Shown in pieces: positions 1 through 9,898 of a DNA stretch of 64,000 nt (positions are counted from its first letter, which is position 1; the number at the start of each line of letters is the position of its first letter). Made by a program: the position numbers and the translations under genes. The notes beneath the pieces are model-generated. The model worked only from the letters and a program-made list of their open reading frames with translations. It did not search any database and was not told where the DNA came from. The DNA comes from Trypanosoma brucei (lineage: Eukaryota), in the NCBI GenBank assembly GCA_000002445.1, contig CH464491.1:1952001-2016000 (forward strand), read 5' to 3'.

Positions 1-496
1 CCAAATAAACTTCCCACTGCTTAAGCCTTCGTGTGTTCAAGTCAGTACACCGCCTTTACTCTTCCAGCCTCCGGTGTCGTGGTGGCCAAAACAATGAAAA
101 CACTAATGAAAGCTCGCTAAATCGGATTATTATGCCAACAGTAGCAGTATCAATAACAGAAAAATGTATATTGTAATTATTTCTGCTTCAGCTACCGACA
201 GGTTTGCAGTAGGCGGCGAATGAAAGAGGCAACCACTTGACAAAGCAGTTGCGCCTATGCGTGTGCGCTTATAAAAAGATATTGATGTCAAGAGGTAGAG
301 AGAAGGCAATGAAAGGAAAGGAAAGGGAAGAAAGAAAAAAAAAAAAAAAAAGAGGCATAAAGGAAAGTAGAGTGTTGAGCAGTTTTAGTTACTCGGTTAG
401 TTGTGAAAACAGTGGCAGTAATAATGGCAGAGTCCAGACACTTAACCGCATGAATATGAGGGGCGCCCCCGTAAGAGCATGTAAAAGGAGACATGT

Positions 497-522
497 ACAC
501 ACACACACACACACACACACAC
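497..522. repeat. (AC)13 microsatellite
   Basis: acacacacacacacacacacacacac. Confidence 0.9.
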
Positions 523-1085
523 CGATATATGTAAATATACGGGTATGTATGCATGATGAGAGGTCTCACTAACTCCATCACAACAGTCAGCGAACATTCA
601 AAATTTAACAAGCGTTATGGTTCTGCCTCAACAGGAAAATACGGTTCTCTCGCATCTTCGATGTTACAACACCGGCCTATTCTTAGAAACTAGGGACACC
701 CAAATGAATAGAAGAGAGGGAGAAAAAAAAATATAATGAAGCAGCAGAACAACCAGTCAAGGAGAGAAAAAGGTCAATGAAAGAGGTACACGAAAAGAAA
801 CAGGCAAATTCAGCAGAGCCACCGAACGTGTAAAATCAAATGTGGGAACAGGGAAGAAGGGTTGTGCAGGTGAGCTGAGCAGTTGAGAGCAAAACACTTT
901 GAGGCGAGCTGAACACATCGCATTTACGGGCTAACGGGCACAGTAGGTAAGATACTGTAAAAATGGCACGCGTCGCCCCCTTCTTCTCCTCCCACGCAGA
1001 AAATGAAAGAGGATTATAGAGGTGTATGACCAGCGTCACTTTCCTGTTGTGTCACACACATGGCCATTGGGTGATCAATCCACGC

Positions 1086-1300
1086 TGTTTTTTTTTTTTG
1101 CGATCTCCCTTCTCGCCTCCCTCTTCTACCAATGCTCCTCTACCTCATATCAGGCCTCTTCTTCGCTCTTTACTTCCCATTCCACCCTTCTCCTCCTTCT
1201 TCCGCGGTTCTTTGCCTTCCCCCACCTTTAAAATTTTTTTTTCTTCCTTTGTTTGTTTTCCTCCTCACCAAATTCTGTCCACATTCTTTTTCCCACAGGT
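1086..1300. repeat. About 215-bp nearly pure polypyrimidine (CT) tract on the plus strand, AG-rich on the minus strand
   Basis: Runs from tttttttttttgcgatctcccttctcgcctccctcttc to ttcctttgtttgttttcctcctcacc. It lies immediately 3' of the proteasome CDS on the minus strand. Confidence 0.8.
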
Positions 1301-1309
1301 GCACGCGCC

Positions 1310-2053
1310 TCAATCCTCTTCGGCAAGGCGCCTTCTCCTTGCGGCCTCCTCCTCGCGCTCTTTTTCTACCTCAACGACGAACCTGTGCAATTCGGTGTCG
1401 CTCATGTAAGCCGCCTTACCGCGCTCCAGCACCAGGAGTTCAATGTTTTTCGACCCACTTTCAACAGCCTCAAGAAGCGCCTTAATTGCAAAGTGCACGC
1501 AACGATCCCGCGTCATGCCATCCTGATAGTTTTTTTCCATAAATTCGAGCACAACCTTGTCATTTCGGCCGATTGCTGCTGCATTCCACGCTGAACTCGT
1601 TCCAGACGGCTCCGTCTTCCACAACTGCGGCTGCCCATTTTCATTAAAGCCACCAATGATGGTTGAAACACCGTACGGTCTGCTGCCGCTTGATTGCGTA
1701 GAACGTTGCTGTACCCTTGCCACGTACCGCACGAGCAGGTCAACGTCAATGGCGTCTTCGTAGCTCAAGCGGAAGCGTTGACATTCCAGTTGTGCGTGAT
1801 TCACAACCACACGGGCGTCGGCAGAGAGACCTGCGGAAGCGAGATAAATATGCTCGTCAAGTTTGTATATTTTGCGTGTCGTACGGCTGTCCTGCAGTTT
1901 TTGCACTGATTTTTTCTCCACAGCAAAGATAATGCTGTCCTTCCCTTTCACACCAACTGCACAGAGACCCTTGCGAACGGCCTCTTGCGCATACTCAACC
2001 TGGAACAAATGTCCATCGGGACTAAACACAGTAATTGCGCGATCGTAGCTCAT
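1310..2053 (-). CDS. 20S proteasome alpha subunit (alpha-7/alpha-4 type)
   Basis: Translation MSYDRAITVFSPDGHLFQVEYAQEAVRKG... matches the canonical proteasome alpha-subunit N-terminal signature. The C-terminus is acidic and K/E-rich. The track ORF starts at a TTG at 2095; the first ATG is at 2053. Confidence 0.85.
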   Translation of the reverse strand: MSYDRAITVFSPDGHLFQVEYAQEAVRKGLCAVGVKGKDSIIFAVEKKSVQKLQDSRTTRKIYKLDEHIYLASAGLSADARVVVNHAQLECQRFRLSYEDAIDVDLLVRYVARVQQRSTQSSGSRPYGVSTIIGGFNENGQPQLWKTEPSGTSSAWNAAAIGRNDKVVLEFMEKNYQDGMTRDRCVHFAIKALLEAVESGSKNIELLVLERGKAAYMSDTELHRFVVEVEKEREEEAARRRRLAEED

Positions 2054-2515
2054 ACTATTTCGGATAAGTGTGTATACGTATGTACGTACGTGCAAGTAAT
2101 TAACAAATAGGCCTGCAGCCGCCTTCCTTCCTTTCCTTTCCTTGAGAACTTCCTTTTGTTACAACCGGTAAACCTTAGTTAATGTTTCCTCCAACTTCCT
2201 TCAAACCGCATAGAGTGCAAATGGGAGAATGCAATTTTAATTTAAAGTGAGAGGAGAATCAAAAAACTGAAAGCGATATGCAGAGAGGTCATACGCACAT
2301 GTTCAGACGTCCAAAGAAATACCAATGAGTACGGACCAATCGAAAGATAAGGGGAGAATACCGCGAGTCAACACAAACATTCATAATAAGTCCTATCCTT
2401 ACTATCTTTTTCTCCCTTTCCCCTCTTGTAAGTGTGATAGGACTCTGCGCTGATAGTTATGATTGAGGCCGTTGCGGACAAGTGGAACGGACGCACGTTT
2501 GCGGCCAGCAGTAAA

Positions 2516-3787
2516 CTAGCAGTGAACAAATGTTGGCACCACAGCGTAACCGAATGGGTCCACACCGTAAAAATCAACATCCCTCAGTGCCACTGCCCCC
2601 TCTGTTAAGAGGTGTACAGAACCTAAATAAAACCCCTCAAATTTGCACTCAAATTTGCAGTCCGAAGCCATGCAACTCTTCACTAGTTCCAGCAGGTGAG
2701 CCAAGCGTACATTACCTGCCACATCTGCTGCTGCGTCATTTGGTTGCAGCAAGCATCTCGACAAACGCAAGCGAGTGTTTACTGCGTACAAGAAAGCGTG
2801 ACCAAGATCCACTTCCGATTGCGTAATTATCACAACAGCCACGCGAAGGTCCTGCGCAACGCTCTTCATTGCGTTCATAAGCGCTGCAACGGCGTTGTGC
2901 CGTTCAATTACCTCCCCATCCATACCAGTAAAGGTCCGACGTACCATGGCGCTAAAATCATCCACCACCACGAGGCGTACGCCGTCATTCAGCATAATAT
3001 TCTCACGGAGAACAGGCATATGCTCCAGAAGCTGCCCGAGCGTTGGGATTGTTACTATTGCCAACTGTTGTAGCGCAGTTTCTGCATCTCCGCCAAACCT
3101 GTCGGGTTCAGCAGCATTGCTTCCATTGTTGTCACCTCTATATGTACCAAGTGTAGACCGTAGGTAACCGGCGGTGGCTCTGGTTGAAAATGGATGCTGA
3201 TTGCTGCTGATCCAAAGTGTATGATACTTTCCATTACCCCTGCCTTCTCTTGCCAGAGTTGCCGCACGCCCAGCGAGATTGAGCGCCAGGGCTGTCTTAC
3301 CCGTGCCACTTGCCCCGGTAATCTCCGTGACTAAGCCACACTTCACGCCGCCAGCAAGCACATCATCTAGACACTTATGGCCAGTGGATATCACCCCAAA
3401 ACAACTGGAGGAGAGTTGGTCTTCAACGGAAATGGGAAGAAGCGTGGAATCGGGAGAGTTAACGATGGTGTGGCTTATGTGTCTGTAGAGAAGCTCCACA
3501 TCATCCAGCGAGGCGTCTAGCATCTGTGAAACATCGCAAGGGGGTTGCAGTAGCACGTTTTCAAGACGCGTGCCGTTCCCATAACCTGGAAGGCCCTCCA
3601 ACTTCTTCAGCATAACTTGAACACGCTCCATTTGGAGTGGATCTGCTTCTTGTGTGGTAAGTTCATCAGAATCACTAAGATCTACTACAGGCTTCTGTGC
3701 CAAGTTGACGAAGTCATCCCCCTCATCATCATCATCATCAGAGTTGCTGTTTGCATAGTCATGTGCCACTGGCCAGAGTGCATCCAT
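2516..3787 (-). CDS. RecA/RAD51-family protein (RAD51 paralogue)
   Basis: Walker A-like GLVTEITGASGTGKTALALNLA, a Walker B-like hydrophobic stretch LVVVDDFSAM, and a RecA-fold core. The N-terminal region is acidic. Confidence 0.6.
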   Translation of the reverse strand: MDALWPVAHDYANSNSDDDDDEGDDFVNLAQKPVVDLSDSDELTTQEADPLQMERVQVMLKKLEGLPGYGNGTRLENVLLQPPCDVSQMLDASLDDVELLYRHISHTIVNSPDSTLLPISVEDQLSSSCFGVISTGHKCLDDVLAGGVKCGLVTEITGASGTGKTALALNLAGRAATLAREGRGNGKYHTLWISSNQHPFSTRATAGYLRSTLGTYRGDNNGSNAAEPDRFGGDAETALQQLAIVTIPTLGQLLEHMPVLRENIMLNDGVRLVVVDDFSAMVRRTFTGMDGEVIERHNAVAALMNAMKSVAQDLRVAVVIITQSEVDLGHAFLYAVNTRLRLSRCLLQPNDAAADVAGNVRLAHLLELVKSCMASDCKFECKFEGFYLGSVHLLTEGAVALRDVDFYGVDPFGYAVVPTFVHC

Positions 3788-4133
3788 CCATTAACACTAC
3801 CCTCCCACTTCTACACAAATTAAAGTGAGGTAAAACAATAAGGTAAGTTACGCAAACATGCAAGCGCGAGCCGCCTTCGTTTCATTTTTCCGCGACTTAT
3901 AGGCGATTGCAGCTTCCACTCTATTATAGCTCACCCCCACCATGCATTCCCGTTTTTTTCGATATTATTAACGTAGAGAGGTACTGCAATAACCGAGTTA
4001 AAGGTTAAAAAACGAAACGTTTCAAATTGTGTGGTCTAACCTGTCGCCTCCTTGGTGAAGTGCATCGGTGCTGTACTGCAAGGACAAAAAAAAAAAAAGA
4101 AAAATACTCACGATCGCTATCATTGCCTTCTAT

Positions 4134-4508
4134 TCAGTTGTTCGTCAAAGTTCGCTCGAAGGCCTCGTTCATTTTCAGAGCCAGGTCTATATCCTTCTGC
4201 GTCACCCTATTCCCTGCATCGTGTGTTGTAAGCCGGACGGAAACCTTGTTGTACTTATTTTCCCAGGTAGGATGGTGCCCTGCGGCCTCACACTCAACAG
4301 CCACCGCGTTCATAAACTTAATGGCGTCCGAAAAATCCTTGAAAGTAAACTCCCGGTGGATAATACCGCTGTTGTTTCCGTCTACCCTCCACTCGGGCAG
4401 TTTTAACAGTGCACGTGATATGGCAGGAAAGGAAAGTGGTTGTGGACGCATGCAATAATAAACACACCGCCGCATTGTCTCAACAACCGGACTGATTGAA
4501 GAAAACAT
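4134..4508 (-). CDS. Pterin-4a-carbinolamine dehydratase (PCD/DCoH)
   Basis: The EAAGHHPTWENKYNKVSVRLTTHD motif fits the PCD signature [E]-x3-HHP, and the length is family-typical. There is an N-terminal extension. The track ORF starts at TTG 4517; the first ATG is at 4508, and ATGs at 4475 and 4451 are alternatives. Confidence 0.7.
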   Translation of the reverse strand: MFSSISPVVETMRRCVYYCMRPQPLSFPAISRALLKLPEWRVDGNNSGIIHREFTFKDFSDAIKFMNAVAVECEAAGHHPTWENKYNKVSVRLTTHDAGNRVTQKDIDLALKMNEAFERTLTNN

Positions 4509-4628
4509 CGTTAACAATAAAAAAAAGAATGGAGAAAACCGTAGTCAAGAGTCATGATTTGCCAGAGGGCAACCGGAGAGAAAGTAATGAAAGCAGAAGG
4601 AACGATCAAAAGTAAGAGGTAAGCAGAA

Positions 4629-4659
4629 GTGTGTGTTTGTGTGTGTGTGTGGGGGGGGG
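4629..4659. repeat. (GT)n plus G9 homopolymer
   Basis: gtgtgtgtttgtgtgtgtgtgtggggggggg in an intergenic region. Confidence 0.9.
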
Positions 4660-4805
4660 TTAGGGTGGAAAGGGAGCTCGGCTCATGTCAGTGTGGAATT
4701 ATACGCACATTTGTACACTAGTTCCCTTTAGACATTGTTGGAGTGAAACAGGAAGGAAGGTAGCTGTTGAGCGGCATTCCACCAGCACATTTGTCCCTCC
4801 CCCGC

Positions 4806-5030
4806 TCATCGCCGTCTGCCTTTACTCACACGAGTGTCTGAACTACAGAGAATGGGTGAATCTCCTTCTATGAGCTGCTTTAGCGCTAGAAGCTCCTTCT
4901 CGTCCTCCACCATCTGTCGCAAAGTATCCTGCAGTCGATTCATCTCAACCTCCAGGAGTTCCATTTCATTCTCCAAGTGGTCCGCGAGCGCCCGCACGGC
5001 CGCACCGGTTTCTCTGGGTTCCACATGCAT
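4806..5030 (-). CDS. Small hypothetical coiled-coil protein (74 aa)
   Basis: The ORF starts at ATG. It shows heptad-like repeats of E, L and M (LENEMELLEVEMNRLQDTL). It sits in a gap between two confident genes. I recognise no family. Confidence 0.25.
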   Translation of the reverse strand: MHVEPRETGAAVRALADHLENEMELLEVEMNRLQDTLRQMVEDEKELLALKQLIEGDSPILCSSDTRVSKGRRR

Positions 5031-5972
5031 CCCAAGTCAAACTGAAACAAGGAGATTCCAGGCAATGTCCAAACGCCGTTGATGTAATGATGTACGTGCT
5101 CCCTCTGTACGGTGTAGCAAGTGCAAATGAGCTTCCGCTACCTTTTTCGTTTTCTTTGTTTTTTCTTTTCGATTTTCCCGCACGCGCTGCAATGTTTACA
5201 GTTTTTTTCTTGTACTTTATTCAGTGGGGTAAAGAATCAACAGTGGAATAGAGTTATGAATAAAGGGGAGGTACGGCGAATCGTACACACAACGCAGAAA
5301 GCGACCCGTCCTTCTTACGGCAACAAGTGACGTGTAGCAGTGTGTGCACTTAGTTTGTGGTTTTTGGATCAGCAAGTTGGCACTCCAGAGATATTATCAT
5401 TAATATGGGTGATCATGTTACCCTTCCCCTCTCTTTCTTTCTTCTCTTTTCCAAGCAAAATTCTTGTCACTTACCAACTTGCTTCCTTCACACTAAAGCC
5501 TACGTTTACCGATAGGGGCTGCGTCCCACTTACAGACACCTTTCTACATAACCATGAGGCTGCATAGCACACACCTTTTCCGCTCCCTGCATCAGCGGTA
5601 CGCCCATTTCTCCAAATCCCAGCATCCACCGTCCTGTTTACTCCGAAACCCCTCGCCCATACGTGCGGCTCTCGCACTTTTCACCGCATGCAAAAGAACT
5701 GAAAGCTCGAAACGGCTCGGTCCACAACAGTGATGCAAGGTGCGATGCAACGCCTGAGAAATGTAAGCAATCAACGCGACGAGGACACCACTAAGAAAGA
5801 AATCTATCCAAATAAATAGCACGCGAAAAGAGGCCTAGTTGGCTCACGTGGGGTTCCTCCGTCGATTAATTACACATGTAGCGAATGAACCACCACCCAG
5901 TTCAAACATTTGCTGTCGATGAAGAAGGAACGCGCACGCAAGTACCCACACCACACGATGTTCCCCCCCCCG

Positions 5973-6458
5973 TCAAACGATATACCGAAGCACATCCAAC
6001 GGCGTACCAAGCGTAACCTCCACCAGGACATCGTTTTTCACAGCGTTTGTAATGGCATCGTAGTCCTTCGTTGTTATGCGCTCAACAGGAATATCCACCT
6101 CTGCTTCATCTGCAGAACCAACACCGTCGTTCGCCACAAGCAAACCAACGGCGCCCGCAGATTGGGCCCTCACGGCTTGTGTACCGTGTGAGCACTGACC
6201 ACCATGAGTCAGGAGTACCGCATCAACCCAGTGAGGATCCACTTTATCTCCGTTGCAAAGCGCACCCATTTCTACCAGAATAACTTTCCCATGATTATTC
6301 CTCCCCGTCAGAGGCGTGGTACCATAGTCAGGAACGGTGGACAACATGTTTCGCTTTGCGAGGTAGAGAGGTCGGTGGACTACGAGCGATGTGACTGGCA
6401 CCGCAGCACCGAGCAGAGCAACAACAATTGTGAAGACGACTCTCAACCACAGCGCCAT
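5973..6458 (-). CDS. Secreted or membrane PA (protease-associated) domain protein
   Basis: N-terminal signal-peptide-like MALWLRVVFTIVVALLGAAVP. A PA-domain-like block reads GKVILVEMGALCNGDKV...AVRAQSAGAVGLLVAN. The start is trimmed from the track's TTG at 6488 to the ATG at about 6458. Confidence 0.5.
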   Translation of the reverse strand: MALWLRVVFTIVVALLGAAVPVTSLVVHRPLYLAKRNMLSTVPDYGTTPLTGRNNHGKVILVEMGALCNGDKVDPHWVDAVLLTHGGQCSHGTQAVRAQSAGAVGLLVANDGVGSADEAEVDIPVERITTKDYDAITNAVKNDVLVEVTLGTPLDVLRYIV

Positions 6459-7286
6459 CTTGTCCAGCCCCTCAGTAAAAATTCCCAATTCTTCAAACTT
6501 TGTGTATCGTATCTGTTATCCAAATCTCAACTTCTGCCCACTTTCAACATGCTACACACCCCATTGTACACATATGAAAAAGAGGGGAGCGCACCAAAGA
6601 GGAGTGAAAAAGTGACTGAATAAGCAGAAAAGGGCAAAACACGGTACACTCAGTCAAGGACTATGACCAACGGACAAATAACACACACAACATCCTCTTC
6701 ACCATTTCTGTTGCAATTCCCTAAATTTTCCGTTACTTCTCCCTGGAAGAGAAGCTCATACCCACGTACTAAAAGCAAAAAAAAAAATAATAAGAATGGA
6801 CGACAACTCACACGAAATACCTGCCACAAGTCGAAACTGACCCATCTCGAAAAAAAAAGGCAGGTGATGTTGAAAGATAAGCCACAACGCCACCCCGAAT
6901 ACAACCTCGTGCCATTACAAACATTTACTACAAATATCAAACGATAAGAGCCCTCCGGCGAAACATAATAATGAAAAAGAGAATGAACAGCGACAAAATG
7001 GTCGAGTAACAACACCAACTAAAAAAAAGCTAATCACTATCCCCACAATGACCAGTAGGAAAATTAAATGTGGGAAAACGAATGAGCCAGAAGCGACACA
7101 TTTGATAGTTTAAAAACGAAACTGAAGAAAAAAAAATACAACAAACGGAACCAGTACAGCAAACAAAAGATAAAAAAAAAATAGCACCACTCAAAAATAA
7201 TAGTAATAATAATATTGTTTAACGGTCGAAAGCACTTTATTAGCAACCATAAAGAAAAACACTTTTCTTAATGGTGCCTCAACCCC

Positions 7287-8531
7287 TCACAGTTCTCCCC
7301 TCTTGTTCACCTTGAGCAAGTTATGCCACATGTTGTGAGACTCATCAATCACCTTCATTGCGTATTCCTTGTCCTTGAATTCACCATCGAAAGCAAAATG
7401 GCTCGCTTCACCACCCTGACAAATCTTGTACACACGGAACCACTCACGGATGGCATCAAGACATCCAGGAAGGAACTTCGGTACGTCATGGATGTCTTTC
7501 ATGAAACGACATATAGGATCGTTGTGGGATATGCAAACAACTTTCCAATCCATCTTGCCCTCGTCAATCATTCCAAGCACACCTAGCACTTTTACTGCAC
7601 TCACCTGACCGACTTTGAATTGCGTCATCCCGATCTCAACAGCATCTACGGGGTCATTGTCACCAGTCACCCCAGCCTCGAATAACACCTCTGTGCTCTC
7701 CCATGTCTGTGGAAACGCACCATAGTTCCACATCATATCACCATGCTTGTAGAACCGAGGTACGCCATTCTTGATATCCTGCTTTATGGGATTAAATGAC
7801 TCTCCAGTCGCGATCTCAAACTTTGCGCGCGTCCACTTAGGGATCTCACAGATGAAATTGTAGCGATTCATTGGTGTCGCCTCGGGCTTTGTTCGCACAA
7901 GATCACGTACATACAGCGGGATGTCATGCCACGGCGATACCTGCCGCTCCCTACCGGTTTCCAAATCCCTGAAGAAGTACAGTACGCGGTAGCTGGGTGT
8001 GTACATTTCACCTTTCTCGTGCACAACCAACTGCTGCTGGTGATACGGCATGGAGAAATCGGCAGACACCATCGAGAAACATTTCGTCCTGGAATGTACA
8101 GGATGGGAACACCACCACGCCCAAAACTTCTCAAATGTCACGTGACCATCGATAGCATTGATTTCAGCTTTCATGGCCTTCACATCCCCATCGCTCATGT
8201 TACGGCCCAAGTACCTGCATACCTCTTCCACTTTGTCAGGCGTGAGGTAGCCAAGATGCGTCACATCGAATGCTGAGAATAATCGACTCATGATCTTTTT
8301 GATCATTGGTTGAGTGAAATCATCCTTATCGTAGGCGGCAAGATCCAGTTCGCTCACCTTCCGGTCAACCGCCTCCTGAATAGGCTCTGCGACGTCGGCC
8401 TCAGAACCCCTGCCGGTACTTATGTTGGTACCAAGTGATGCCGAGAAAGGCAGCCCCGCCACTTCGGCAGAAGCCAAATCTTGGGGAGACGTTCGATCAC
8501 TGCGCGAATCCACACCGTGTGTGTTGTTCAT
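7287..8531 (-). CDS. VSP1: Soluble inorganic pyrophosphatase with N-terminal EF-hand domain (acidocalcisomal VSP type), copy A
   Basis: The family I PPase core reads DPVDAVEIG...KVLGVLGMIDEG..DWKV. An N-terminal EF-hand region reads DKDDFTQPMIKKIMSRLFSAFD. Length is 414 aa from the first ATG; the track ORF starts at GTG 8546. The copy at 12121..13365 is near-identical. Confidence 0.85.
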   Translation of the reverse strand: MNNTHGVDSRSDRTSPQDLASAEVAGLPFSASLGTNISTGRGSEADVAEPIQEAVDRKVSELDLAAYDKDDFTQPMIKKIMSRLFSAFDVTHLGYLTPDKVEEVCRYLGRNMSDGDVKAMKAEINAIDGHVTFEKFWAWWCSHPVHSRTKCFSMVSADFSMPYHQQQLVVHEKGEMYTPSYRVLYFFRDLETGRERQVSPWHDIPLYVRDLVRTKPEATPMNRYNFICEIPKWTRAKFEIATGESFNPIKQDIKNGVPRFYKHGDMMWNYGAFPQTWESTEVLFEAGVTGDNDPVDAVEIGMTQFKVGQVSAVKVLGVLGMIDEGKMDWKVVCISHNDPICRFMKDIHDVPKFLPGCLDAIREWFRVYKICQGGEASHFAFDGEFKDKEYAMKVIDESHNMWHNLLKVNKRGEL

Positions 8532-8674
8532 ATCTACAGTTGGCACTTTAAAAGGCGGAAGAGGGAAAGCAATCGATTAAAACACAAAGTACATAGAAAC
8601 AACGACATATTCCGGCGTGATAGTTGTATCGCATACCAACTTCTTCCACTCCAAAATACTCGCAGCTTAGACAC

Positions 8675-8765
8675 TCAAATGCTTTGCTTAGCGATGCTTA
8701 ACGCTGCCTGCATGCGCGCCAGAGTTCTTCTTCTGCTGTCGACCTCACTGGCTAGGCACACCCGA
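8675..8765 (-). pseudogene. Orphan 3'-terminal fragment (about 87 nt plus stop) of the gene at 13509..13943, carried by the duplication
   Basis: Sequence identical to the last codons (…SEVDSRRRTLARMQAALSIAKQSI*) of 13509..13943, but with no upstream ORF continuation in copy A. Confidence 0.6.
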
Positions 8766-9898
8766 GTGGTAATATCGGTTGTTGTAACAAATGGAGTGGA
8801 AATTTCTTTAACCGTTACCAGTTAGTTGTCCCCTTCCTCACCATTACGCACCAAAGTCAGCTAACTATACCGTGTGGAGCAAATGAACTGACAAATAAAT
8901 GGAAGGTAAGCACTGATATAGAACAGTGAACCGTACTATCATTATAGGATGGCGTTCACCCACCGCGGTTCCACGGCGGCACCAACCTCTCTTCAGCCAT
9001 AACAAAATTCAAACTCACGAAGGTAATAACGTAGCTAGCTAAACATCTATGTTGTGCCAAGCCATTCACTGGCAGCTGAGGTGCTTCCCAGTAACGCGTG
9101 AGCCTCGTTGGTTTTCTTGGCTCAGCACCCTTTCGCGTAAGAGGTCTTGCAACCCAAATTGTCACCTTCAACTCCGAATACAGGAACATACCAGCGTGTG
9201 GTGCAAACCCACCATCTCAAGAGAAGAAAGGTGACTTCCCGAGTAATCTGGAGAGCAGACACCCTGAGAGAGATTATGCCACTTGACAGCTGCATCAGAA
9301 TAGCCACATGGCGCCAGCACACTCATGGGAGATTTGTGGTTATAATTGATATGCAAGACTGCCATCCCGGAGGAAACCGTTCGACCAGTGTCTGCATCTG
9401 CCGCAACCCACCATGTCCCGCAAACCGTTCACTGCATGCCACACTCCTCCACACAGCGTGGCGTTCTAACGCATGATACAGGGTTGATTTCGGACGGACA
9501 AGCGTACAAAAAAGAGATACGTTGAACGATGAAGATGGACCGCAGCTCCAGTGATGTACTGTCAGTGTCAGTGTCAGTTCTGTTGGCTGACGGTAACGGG
9601 TCAGTACAGCACTGTAATGTTGGCTTCCCTCCATCTGATCTTGTGGGTCCTCATCAGGTATTTGAAAGAGTCGAGCTTGTCGTGCTCATTAAAGGTCGTC
9701 ATGGGTAGAAAGAAGTGATGGACGCAGCACACTAAGCAAAACGCCAACGAGCTGGAGAGGCCATCAACACGCTCTCTCGGTCTTCCTACGTACACACTAA
9801 ATAACACAGGACAGCCAGTAGAAAAGCAACGGGCACTTAACCGTGAGTCTTTGGAGTTAACGCCTGGTAGTCGGTTAACCTCCATTACTAAGCACCCG

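Larger units (their letters stand above)
7277..8765. repeat. Segmental duplication unit A (about 1.49 kb)
   Basis: Near-identical to 12111..13599 by direct comparison of flanks and CDS. Homology begins at tcaacccctcacagttctcccctc and ends at ...cgacctcactggctag. Confidence 0.85.

Noticed and set aside
237-611. ORFs of 111 aa (plus) and 107 aa (minus) containing KKKKKK and HTHTHTHT / CVCVCVCV runs
   Set aside because: They are produced by translating the A17 homopolymer and the (AC)13 microsatellite. They are not genes.
1022-1594. Several plus-strand ORFs (69-127 aa) encoding Leu/Pro/Ser/Phe-rich peptides
   Set aside because: They are translations of the long CT tract and of the antisense of the proteasome gene, so they are low-complexity artefacts.
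7323-8276. Plus-strand ORFs of 87-116 aa (7323..7586, 7426..7608, 7926..8276) and an 88-aa minus-strand ORF (7868..8134) inside the pyrophosphatase gene, each with a twin in the second copy (12157..12420, 12702..12968, 12760..13110)
   Set aside because: They are out-of-frame or antisense readings of a strongly supported CDS. Their duplication is just a by-product of the segmental duplication and is not independent evidence of coding.
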